Positions 1 through 11,116 of a stretch of DNA of 64,000 nt are shown here, piece after piece. The position numbers and the translations under genes were made by a program. Within the stretch, counting starts at the first letter, position 1. Each line of letters begins with the position of its first letter. Under the pieces are notes generated by a model. The model made no database searches, was not told the origin of the DNA, and saw only the letters and a list, made by a program, of their open reading frames with translations. Source of the DNA: Dendrobates tinctorius (lineage: Eukaryota); contig NW_027361749.1 of NCBI RefSeq assembly GCF_039654945.1, forward strand, positions 12,648,001-12,712,000, given 5' to 3'.

Positions 1-375
1 GGTCCCGTTACATTTAGCGATGCACCAGCGATCCCGGCAACGATACGACCCAGTCAGGATCGCTGGTGCATCGCTAAATGGTCGCTAGTGAGCTGCCAAA
101 CAGGCAGATCTCACCAGCGACATAGCAGCGGTCGTCACTTACTTGTCACATGCAGCGAGGGTGACTTCTTCTGCCCGTGTCCATGGAGTCGCTCGTCGGC
201 ACCAGCAGGAAGTCGACGACGAGAAATGGACCAGGACGATCTCGCGCGATCAGCGATATCCAGCAGGGAGCCGGGTCGGAGGTAAGTGTCACATGTAGCG
301 AGATCGCTGTTGCGTCACAAAATCGGTGACGCTTTAGCGATATCGCTAGCGATCTCAGTATGTGTGAAGGGGGCT
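1..375. mobile_element. PIF/Harbinger-type MITE, AGCGAT-motif family (copy 1; left end at window edge)
   Basis: Homologous to copies at 19768, 39821, 43227 and 62453. Ends ...GTGTGAAGGGGGCT followed by TAA. Many AGCGAT/ATCGCT motifs. Confidence 0.85.
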
Positions 376-399
376 TAACTAAAGATTCTTTTATTTCAA

Positions 400-543
400 A
401 GGGCAGGGTCCTCTCCCCTCTGTATCAGTCTGTCATTGTTAGTTTGTTCACTGTAAGTGATATCTGTAATTTGTATGCAACCCCTTCTCATGTACAGCAC
501 CATGGAATCAATGGTGCTATATAAATAAATAATAATAATAATT
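400..543 (+). mobile_element. L2-clade LINE 3' end fragment
   Basis: GGGCAGGGTCCTCTCC...TGTACAGCACCATGGAATCAATGGTGCTATATAAATAAA(TAA)n tail; similar to 24430-24830 (-) and 56255-56626. Confidence 0.7.
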
Positions 544-1200
544 TTAATAATTGTGCGATTTAAAACCACAGTATTTCAAATTTTTTGCTGACCTGTCAAT
601 CAGTCCATAGTGCACTAGGCTACCATCTAGGATTTTGCCTGTTGATAATGTTGGGCACTGTTCTCTCTACTAAAGAGTATCTGAGGACCTAGAATGCTGA
701 CTTCATATTGATTTAATTCAGTTGATAATTGCATAATGTGGCCACTGACCACTCTTTTTTGCATCTAAATATCAATAGAGAAGCTGCTTTTAAAAGTTTA
801 CACCAGCTGCCTCCCCAACATGTTTCATCAGGGGAATGAGGCTCTGATGCACTGATTGTCAGGTCAGCAAAAAAAGTGACATTAATTCCACAACAGCGAA
901 AATATGATATGGTAATTGTTCTTTAATACTTCGATAAAATGTGATGGGTAATTCTGATAATACATGTCTACAAACTAATTTGAATCTGACTGTATCCGGG
1001 ACCACAAGTCTAATTAACAATCAAAACAGATGCCGTTGGTTTAAATCACACAATTAGTAAAATTGAAATAAAAGTTTTATTTTAATAATATTAGAATCTT
1101 TAGTTAGGGTCTAATTGCCTTGGCATCTTGTAAAAAAATAGTTTATTTGCACCGTATGTACTTTTACTTTAAGGGTCTGTATGTATTGTGAATTGTATTA

Positions 1201-1486
1201 CAGTTGTATGAAAAAGTGTTTGTCCCCCTTCTTCATTTCCTATTCCGATTGTAAACACTTGCATGCAGTTTTTGCTATGGGTGGCCCAACCAGTTATTAT
1301 GTTTAGGGGGCAATCACTTTTTCACACAGGGCTATTTAGGTTTGGATTTCTTTATCCCTCAATAATAAACAACGTAATTTATAATCTGCATTTTGTGATT
1401 ACTTGTGTTATCTTTGTCTAATATTTACATTTGTTTGGTGATCTGAAACATTTAAGTGTGACAGACCACACTTTTTCACACCACTG
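1201..1486. mobile_element. Internally deleted Tc1-like element
   Basis: TA-CAGTTGTATGAAAAAGTGT at left; inverted ACACTTTTTCACACCACTG at right. Confidence 0.65.
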
Positions 1487-2306
1487 CATGTTGATTTTAG
1501 TATTTCTGCCAGCTATTTTTTAATATAGATGTAATCATCTGTACATTGAACTAGCACTATTATTTTAGACTGAGAATTAAGTTGAAAATTATGAAATTCA
1601 TAATTTAGTGAAGTTGACCAGCCTTTTGACTATAGACTGCCAAATTATGACAGTTTGCGGTGCGCATGCTGTCACAATTCTCTGTTATTCTCAGTGCATT
1701 TGGTTGGTCATGTGACGGCATGTATGGAGTTTTTATACTTACAGTCACGAGCCGATATGCATTCAGCTTCTCACAATAGATGTGAGTTAAGAGAAGCCGT
1801 ATGAGTCTAGTTGGCACATTACCGCAAGTATATAAACGGCATACATGTTGTCACATGACCACCTGTACGAATCCAGGATTACTAACAGCGTGCGGACTGT
1901 ATGCTGTCACAGTTAGGCAATCTGCAGTCACATATAGTCTGTCCCAATTGCTCACATTTAAAGCACCACTTTAGTGTGTTTGTTTGTTTTTTAGCGCTGT
2001 AGTGGCGCTTTAAATGTGAGCCCCTTGTCCCCGTTCTTATACTCACCTTCACCTTTTAACAACACTGATCCTGTCCCGTTGTGCCATTCGTTTTACCATA
2101 CAGTGTTCTGGAAAACAGAAAATTTTCAAGTGAGGTGAAATGCTGAAAGATTATATGATTCTATCATTGTTTTTATGCCGTTCATTGTGCGGTAAAAATT
2201 AAACGGCAACATAATTTCCCAGGACATTGTTTACGGTGACCGTGATACCAAACTTGTTTCAACTTTTTTTTTCTTTTTTACATTGCTTTCCATATGGGTT
2301 AATTAA

Positions 2307-5300
2307 CCCCTTACCTACATTGGACGTACTATTCCGTCCATGTGACCTGGGACCCAAGTCCCAAGGACTGAATAGTATGTCCAACGCGATCAGCGACGCT
2401 CCCAGGGGGGATGCCTGGCCTTCGGGGTCCTGCAGGGAGGCGGCTTCCTCCGTGCCTGCTGAGAGCAGGCACGGAGGAAGCCTGCGCAGCGCCTGTCAGA
2501 TCGCTGATCTGACAGTGCTGTACAAACTTTCAGATCAGCGATCTGACACTAGATAGTAATGTCCCCCCCTGGGACAATGTAAAAAAGTAAAAAAAAAAAA
2601 AAAAACACTTGTAAAAATAATTTTAAAAAAATTCCTAAATAAAAAAAAAATTCCCTAATAAATTCTTTTTTTTTGTAAATAAAAAAACAATAAAAGTACG
2701 CATATTTAGTATCGCCGCGTCTGTAACGACCCGCCCTATAAAACTTTCCCACTCGTTAACCCCTTTAGTGAACCCCTTAAAAAAAAGCAAAAAACAATGC
2801 TTTATCATCATACTGCCAAACAAAAAGTGCAATAACGCGCGATCAAAATGACATATGAATAAACATGGTACCTCTGAAAATGTCGTCTTGTCCCGCAAAA
2901 AACGAGCCGCCACACAGCATCATCAGCGAAAAAATAAAAAAGTTATAGCTCGCAGAATAAAGCGATGCAAAAATAATTATTTTTTATATAAAATTGTTTT
3001 TATTGTATAAAAGCTCCAAAACATAAAGAAATGATATAAATGAGGTATGGCTGCAATCGTACTGACCAGAAGAATAAAACCACTTTATCAATTTTACCAC
3101 ACGCGGAACGGTGTAAACGCACCCCCCAAAAGAATTTCATGAAATGCTGGTTTTTGTTCATTCTGCGTCCCAAATATCGGAATAAAAAGCAATCAAAAAA
3201 TGTCATGTGCCAGAAAATGGTACCAATAAAAACGTCAACTCGTCCCGCAAAAAATAAGACCTCACATGACTGTAGGTCAAAATATATAAAAATTATAGCT
3301 CTCAAAATTTGGTGATGTAAAAACTATTTTTACAATAAAAAGCGTCTTTTAGCATATGACAGCTGCCAAACATAAGAACCCGCCATAAATAGTAAATCAA
3401 ACCCCCCTTTATCACCCCCTTAGTTATGGAAAAATAATAAAATTTTAAAAAAATTTATTTATTTCCATTTTCCCGTTAGGGCTAGGGCAGAGATTAGGGT
3501 TAGGGGTGTGTTGGGGTTAGGGTTGGAGTTATAATTGGGGGCTTTCCACTGTTTGGGCACATCAGGGGCTCTCCAAATGCAACATTGAGTCTGATCTCAA
3601 TTCCAGCCAATTCTGCATTGAAAAATTCAAACGGTGCTCCTTCCCTTCCAAGCTCTGCCATGTGCCCAAACAGTGGTTTACCCCTACATATGGGGTATCA
3701 TCAGCCTACTCAGGACAAATTGCTCAACAACTATTGGGGTACAATTTGTCCTGTTACCCTTGGGAAAATAAAAAATTGGGGGCAAAAATATTTTTGTGGA
3801 AAAAAATATAATTTTTTTTATTTGTATGACTCTACGTTATAAAGTTCTGTGAAACACTTTCAAAGTGCTCACTACACATCTAAATAAGTTTCTTGGGGGG
3901 TCTAGTTTCCAAAATGGGGTCACTTGTGGGAGATTTCCACAGTTTAGGCACATCAGGGGCTCTCCAAATGCGACATGACACCCGCAGATCATTCCATCAA
4001 AGTCTGAATTCCAAAACATCACTACTTCTCTTTTGAGCCCCGACGGGTGCCCATACAGTAGTTTTCTGCCACATATGGGGTATCAGCGTACTCAGGACAA
4101 ATTGGAAAACAACTTTTGTGGTCCAATTTCTCCTGTTACCCTTGGGAAAATCAGGGGCTCTCCAAATGCAACATGGCGTCTGATCTCAATTCCAGCCAGA
4201 AAAGTCAAATGGCACTGCTTCCCTTCAGAGCTCTGCCATGCACCCAAATAGTGGTTTACCCCCACATATGGGGTATCAGCGTACTCAGGACAAATTGCAC
4301 AATAACTTTTGGCTTCCTTTTTCCCTTGGGAAAATAAATATTGGGGTGACGAGATATTTTTTTTTTAAATATGATTTTTTAATTGTATGGCTGTATGTTA
4401 TAAACTTCTGTGAAGCCCTTGGGAGTTCAAAGTTCTCACCACATATCTAGATAAGTTCCGTGGGGGGTCTAGTTTCAAAAATGGGGTAACTTGTGGGGAG
4501 TTTCCACTGTTTAGGCACATCTGGGGCCCTGCAACCTTGACATGGCGCCCGATCTCAATTCCAGCCAATTTTGCGTTGAAAAAGTCAAACGGCGCTCATT
4601 CCCTTCCGAGCTCTGCAATGCGCCGAAACAGTGGTTCCCCCCACATATCAGGTATCAGCGTACTCAGGACAAATTGCACAATAACTTTTCCTGTCCAATT
4701 TCTCTGGTTACCCTTGGTAAAATAAAAAAATTGGACCTGAAGTATTTTTTTTGTGAAAAAAAGTTTAATGTTCATTTTTTTTAAACAGTCAGAAAATTCC
4801 TGTGAAGCACCTGAAGGGTTAATAAACTTCCTGAATGTGGTTTTGAGCACCTTGAGGGGTACAGTTTTTAGAATGGTGACACTTTTGGGTATTTTCTATC
4901 ATATAGATTCCTCAAAGTGACTTCAAATGTGATGTGGTCCCTAAAAAAAATGGTGTTCTGAAAATGAGAAATCGCTGGTCAAGTTTTAACCATTATAACT
5001 TCCTAACAAAAAATGTTTTTCGTTCCAACATTGTGCTGATGTAAGGTAGACATGTGGGAAATGTTACTTACTTTTTTTTGTGTGCCATATCTCTGTGATT
5101 TAAGGGCATAAAAATTAAAAGTTGGAAATTTTCAAAATTGTTTGCCAAATTTCCTTTTTTTTCACAAATAAACGCAAGTTATATGAATGAAATTTTACCA
5201 CTAACATGAAGTACAATATGTCACGAGAAAACAATGTCAGAATCACTGGGATCCATGGAAGCGTTCCCGAGTTATTACCTCATAAAGGGACAGTGGTCAG

Positions 5301-5359
5301 AATTGTAAAAATTGGCCCGGGAGTTAACGTGCAAACCACCCTTGGGGGGGGTAAAGGGG
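2307..5359 (+). mobile_element. Non-autonomous piggyBac-type element (~3.05 kb) with internal tandem repeats
   Basis: TTAA-CCCCTT...AAGGGG-TTAA ends (TTAA at 2303-2306 and 5360-5363). Right end is the reverse complement of the left end of the transposase-bearing element at 28697. No transposase ORF. Confidence 0.85.
3540..4720. repeat. Degenerate ~190/390-bp tandem repeat inside the piggyBac element
   Basis: Anchor GGTATCA...ACTCAGGACAAATTG recurs near 3692, 4077, 4270 and 4650. The same unit occurs at 28940-29940 and 51880-53240. Confidence 0.8.
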
Positions 5360-8300
5360 TTAATTTTATTTTCTGATAAGTCAGACTTGAATGTGGTGTG
5401 CTTTTATATATGTAAAAATATACCATATATGTGGTGGGAAAGCAAGGTGATTTCAGATTTATCCATTATTTGTCTTTTATATTAGTCTGAATATGGATGA
5501 GTAAGGTAGCAATGAAAATTTCCAAAAACATGACTCCTTAACATAAACTTGCGTGAGCGTTGTTAAAACTTTGGTACTTCTGTGTGTTCAGCTTCACATC
5601 TTGAATAGAAAATATAGTTATTTGAAATCGTTTGCAGTGGTGGAGGATGTGCGTGAGGGGATCTAAATATCTGCGGGATCATTTTCTATACAGCTATGGA
5701 GACCATGTAGAAGCATAATTTTTGCTCTCAACTCACAGACGCACCTTTTAGGATCCATCTAGCCAAATAGACTGCAAAGAGTATTGAGGGGCACAAAAAA
5801 TTGGTTAGATGTGTTTTGGTGACATCCAAAATCAAGTCCGGAAAATTACTCCAGGATTACCGTAATTGACTTTTTTGTGTGTATTTAGGATGAGCATAAA
5901 GCAGAAACGCCTGCAGGGATGTATAGTAACCTGAGGATAGCTACAATTTTGGGAAAATTATGTCTACCCATCAAAGTTAGAGGAAATCCTTTCTAGTTTG
6001 CTACAATAGTTTCTACGGTTTTAATGTGTTTGGAAATTTACCTAACCATAACAGGGTTTCCTTACCTGTGAGTGGGGAAACAGTTCAATAATTGAGAAAA
6101 GTATTTAAAAAAAAAAAATGGACAAAAATTAATTCTCAGTGGTATGCATAGAAATGTTTCTATTCTGTGCCATTATTTAACAAAAAAAATGTCCCTCTGG
6201 TATGATATAACTTTGGAAAAAAAAAAGCCATGTAACCTTCATAATAAGCAACATGTTGTCAGGTAATTGAGTTTTAATGTACCTATAGTCAGAACTATTC
6301 AGAGCGTGATGATTCATAGACCTCAACACTGATTGAAGTCCTCATCAATATTGTTAAAATGGCCTAAATTTATTTTACTTTTTTGTCTCTTTAGCTCATT
6401 ATAGCTTTAAAATAAATGGGAGCAGATTTAGTTATTTTCCTTATCCATAGATAAAACCTATGCATCTTGTTATTACTTTTGTCAAACATTTTACTTAGCC
6501 AACAACTAGGGCTGCTTTACCAGTAAGCAATGCCTCAAAGTTTTAATATTACGTGTACAATAATATCTGCTGCCAACACCTAAGGTTCTAAACGTGGAAG
6601 TTTTTTAAGATCCACACATGGTCCCTGAGGTACCAGTTGAGGAATACAGTGGTACCGTACAGACCTAGATTGGGGATGGTCTTGTTGTTGAACGGAGACA
6701 CTTGGCCAACACAGGACAGTATTGTGTTGAGCAAAAACCAGAAGTACTTTACAAGTGTACTTTGTCAATTTTGTTAAGGCCGAGAAGTATACATCTCGGC
6801 TCACTGTGCATAAAAGAGGTGTTTTGATCCTGGCCCCTAAAAGTGTATGTCCTGGTTTTCAAAGAAGTCTATGCTGATGTCACCAGACTGTGGAGTGATC
6901 AATCAAAAGAGATTGGGTGTGTTTTCAAGGATGACTCGGTGACTCGGCCGGGATGCTGTGCCGCCCCGGTGACTCGGGGTAACTGTTTTACACAGAAAGA
7001 GACAAGGTTTTAATTTATAACTATGGCAAAGTGACAAATCTTACACCTTAGCTATGAACACCGTATTTATTATCATTTAATTGCCTGCCGAAGCATGGTA
7101 TCAGATTAATGGCCAACTTGCTTATGTCAGGTTCCCTTCAAAGGGAACCTGTCACGTGATTTATTCTCCCCACCCAAGGGCAGCATAAATCAGAGTTACA
7201 TCCAGAGATGAGAGAAGTCTGGTGCTGCCTCTGTTCAGCTTCTCCCAGGTCTGCTAGCGGTGACTGACAGGTTTGTCCCATAGTGAGAGACCCGTCACTC
7301 ATCTGGAGCAGCTTGGGAAAAGGTGGTCAGAAGCAGCACCTGACTATTTTCATCTCTGGCTATGGTCCTCGACTGGATCCTCTAACCATACTTTCTCTGA
7401 AGAATTTCAGACAAATATATACCTGGCTGCAATTTTGCAGGCAGGCTCTGATTTCATGCTGCCCGTGGTTTAGTGAGCATAAATCTCATGGCATAGTGTG
7501 TCATGATCTATAGGAGCAATACATCCTCTGTCTGGACTTCCTTGGCAGCTCCTGCTGCTCACAGTGCTTGCACAGGACTCATAATTTAGATTTCTAGAAT
7601 GCTAGTTGCACCTGCATGTACCAGGGATTCATGTTGGTACTTTATATTGTATGAGGTATTTAGCTTTACATTAGCTTCACTTTGAAGGTGTTCCGTAACT
7701 GTTAGCATGTTTATTATATTAACACACATTTCAAAGAGAGATAACTTTAAATATAATTAATTATCTTACCTGCAGGGTGTTCAGCGTGTTACTAAATGTT
7801 CTGTATTTTTATTCAGTGCTCCTGCCTTTGGGTATATTCACACAGGGTGGTAACAGTGCATCAGAAAGCCACATATTAACTTTTGCAAAATATGCAATCA
7901 ATTTAGGCTTGCTACACTTGCATTTAGAATAAAAAAAGAAAAAAAACCTACAGAATTCATGCAGGAAATTAATTATGACTGATATGAATGATGCCAGATG
8001 AACCCATTGACAATAATGGATTCTGTTTGCTTCACGTTAGGGTATTTCATTTTAACAAGAAAAAATAGCATAATATGCAGCACTATTCCTTTTAGTGAAA
8101 CTGATTGAAGCTGTGAATTTAGTGAAAGTGATAGAAACTGTGACTTAACTGATGCACAGTTGGAGTTGCAAATAAATACAAAGAAAAATCTGTGAATATT
8201 CTCCAATAATCTCATACCTGAAGGAAAAAGTTCTAGACATATTTTTCTAGAACTGTGTCTAGATACCCAATTTGCAGTATTATTATGCCTGTGTTATAGT

Positions 8301-8391
8301 TTTTAGCATGTGATGCTTTGCCAGGCCTTTACTGCCACTGACTTAAGTTATTGCTTGTTTGTGGGTATTTCTGCCTTAAGTTTTATCTTAA

Positions 8392-8670
8392 AGGGAACCT
8401 GTCAGCAGGATTGTGCACAGTAAACTACAGACAGTGTCAGGTCGGCACCATTATACTGAATAATATGATACTTTGGTTGATGAAATCAATCTTGTGGTTG
8501 TTGTTTAATCTTTATTTTCAGTTTTCATAGTTTTCAGTTAATGATATGCTCGTGCTCTGGGGGGTCTTCATGTGGTGCTCTGATTAAGGTATTCATGTGT
8601 ATGGCTTCTGAAAACTCACTGATCCCTCAGTGACCTGCCCCCTAGGTTACATAATGAATATTATTTATAT
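8392..8670. mobile_element. Kolobok/T2-type MITE left arm
   Basis: TTAA-AGGGAACCTGTCA terminus. Similar termini near 7140, 41980 and 48550. Confidence 0.55.
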
Positions 8671-8674
8671 ATAT

Positions 8675-9479
8675 TGTGGTGTAGTGACCACTGTGTCCGC
8701 TAGGGGGCGCTGTGTGGGTGTCCCAGGACGGACGGATAGCCATGTCCAGCATGGTAACAGGAGCAGGGTGCTAAAGGACCGTTATGTATCCCAAGGTGGG
8801 TGGCCTTGGGATGAAGGCTTGATTATGCGCTGATCAGCAGAGCTGATCTTTTGTTCCAATGTGTTAGGGAGAAGCCTTCAGGTGATTGATGAGATGGGTG
8901 GGATCAGTCACCTACAAACCAACCTAGGGGCGTGTGTCTAGAACGCCATAGTAAAGTGTATGTGTGTGAATGCTTGTAGGACCTGTGATGAGGTCATAGC
9001 CATGTGATCCGGTGGGCGTGGCTACGGATCATATAAGGTGACCAGGGTAGGTCACATGAGTGAATGCTTGGACCCGGTTGGTCCGTATGTAAGGTCTCGT
9101 CTGGCTGACGTGAGGCTGACTGAGGAAGATGGGCCTGCCTTCCTGAGTGCACATGGAGACGTGTGTCTGATAGTTCCCAGGAGGGAATGAACGTCTGCAC
9201 TGAGAAGCAGCCATGAGGTAACCCTGACAGGGGATATAACTATGAGGCTAGAGAGCCTGCGTACTGGACATAGCAAAGCCTGTGTGACCACAGGGTTAAC
9301 AGAGGGGAACTCTGTCATGGACGCTATGCTGATTTGATATGAACTTTCTGTTGCTGTTTGATGGTTTATGCTGCATAATAAACCGAATGGACTGAGTTCT
9401 GTTTAGAAAGCTGTGCCGGACCTGATTTATCGGCTGCCTAGCGAGTATCCCCTACCTTAATAACAAGCGCTACCTTACA
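8675..9479 (+). mobile_element. Solo LTR (Gypsy/ERV-type), 805 bp
   Basis: TG...CA ends with imperfect short IR (TGTGGTGTAG / CTACCTTACA). 4-bp ATAT on both sides (8671-8674, 9480-9483), though in a TA-rich context. AATAAA near 9377. Confidence 0.7.
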
Positions 9480-11116
9480 ATATATATATATATACACACT
9501 ACCGTTCAAAAGTTTGGGGTCACCCAGACAATTTTGTGTGTTCCATGAAAACTCATACTTTTATTAATCAAATTAGTTGCCAAATGAATTAAAAATCTAG
9601 TCCAGACATTTGACAAGGTTCAAAAAAAAGATATTTATTTGAAAAAATAATTTTCTCTTTCAACTTTGCTTTCGTCAAAGAATACTCCCTTTGCAGCAAT
9701 GACAGCATTGCAGACCTTTGGCATTCTAGAAGTTAATTTGCTGAGGTAATCTGGTGAAATTTCACCCCTCCCACAAGTTGGTTTGGCTTGATGGGCACTT
9801 TTTGCGTACCATACTGTCAAGCTGCATCCACAACAGCTCAGTGGGGTTTAGATCTGGTGATTGCGCTGGCCACTCCATTCCAGATAGAACACCAACTTCC
9901 TGCTTCTTCCCTAAATAGTTCTTGCATAATTTGGAGGTGTGCTTTAGGTCATTGTCTCCAGTCAAGTGCTGTCTACAGGGTATGGCATGGCATTGCAAAA
10001 TGGAGTGATAGCCTTCCTTATTCAAAATCCCTTTTACCTTGTACAAATCTCCCACTTTACCAGCATCAAAGCAACCCCAGACCATCACATTACCTCCACC
10101 ATGCTTGACAGGTGGCGTCAGGCACTCTTCCAGCATCTTTTCAGTTGTTATGCGTCTCACAAATGTTTTTCTGTGTGATCCAAACACCTCAAACTTGGAT
10201 TTGTCTGTCCATAACACTTTTTTCCAACCTTCCTCTGTCCAATGTCTGTGTTCTTTTGACATATTAATCTTTTCCTTTTATTAGACAGTCTCAGATATGG
10301 CTTTTTCCAGGTCACCACCTGACAGCACGCTGGAGGACGTCCTTCTTATCCACAGTGGGACAGGAAACCACGAGAGTTCAAAAGGATCCTCCCTTCACCA
10401 CCCTTCAGTGTTTTTCCTGTCCCACTGCGGATAGGAACGACGAGAGAGATCCAACCGTTCCGAGCAGATGGTGAGGATCGGGGGGCCCAGCCTTTCCCTT
10501 CCCACCTCAAGAATTCTGCAGACTGACACCCACCTGAGGGTCCCTCAGCAGACCCAGTGTAGCGCTGCTCCTGGGAGACGGAGTCGCTTCCCCCTGAAGG
10601 GGGCTCTCGACTCCAGGCGTCGCCTCTGATGTCCCTCTGCCGGGCCGCCTCTACAGAAGCTGCATCTCGTAAGCGGTCCCGGCACCATATCACCGCTGCA
10701 GGGCATCCCCGCAGGCCAGACGCGGCATCGGATCCGGGCCACAGCCAGGTGAAGCGGGCAGATCGTGGCCAGCTTGGGGCGGCCGCGCCTCTCCGGGTGG
10801 CGGCGTCGCAGGCTCCGGCGCCACTTCCGGGTCGCCGGGTCCACGTCACATCTGGTTTTTCCGGCTGGCCGGATTGCGACCCGGGCGGCCGCGTCACTTC
10901 CGGGGGGTGGGCTCGGGCGACTGCAATACTTCCGTGTAGCGGTTCAGTCATGGCTGATTTCAAACTGAACCGCGCACTCCCGGAGCTTGGAAGCTGACAG
11001 GCGACGTCTCCTCCAGGAGGATCTCGGAGCAGGTCGGACATCGCTGCGTGCCAATCCAGGTGCGCTGACCAGCGGCAGGCGGAGCGGCAGCCCCAGACAG
11101 CCATTCCTACAAAAAC

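Noticed and set aside
930-990. IKCDG/NSDNT..TN resemblance to the papillomavirus E2 FDGD..NTM.YT.W motif
   Set aside because: Needs a frameshift and is out of order relative to the 5.5-6.9 kb motifs. It shows how easily such matches arise by chance and is one reason that finding is rated speculative.
5866-5996. Possible host exon after a strong acceptor (TTTTTTGTGTGTATTTAG|G)
   Set aside because: No recognisable protein and no convincing donor or partner exon; cannot be supported without RNA data.
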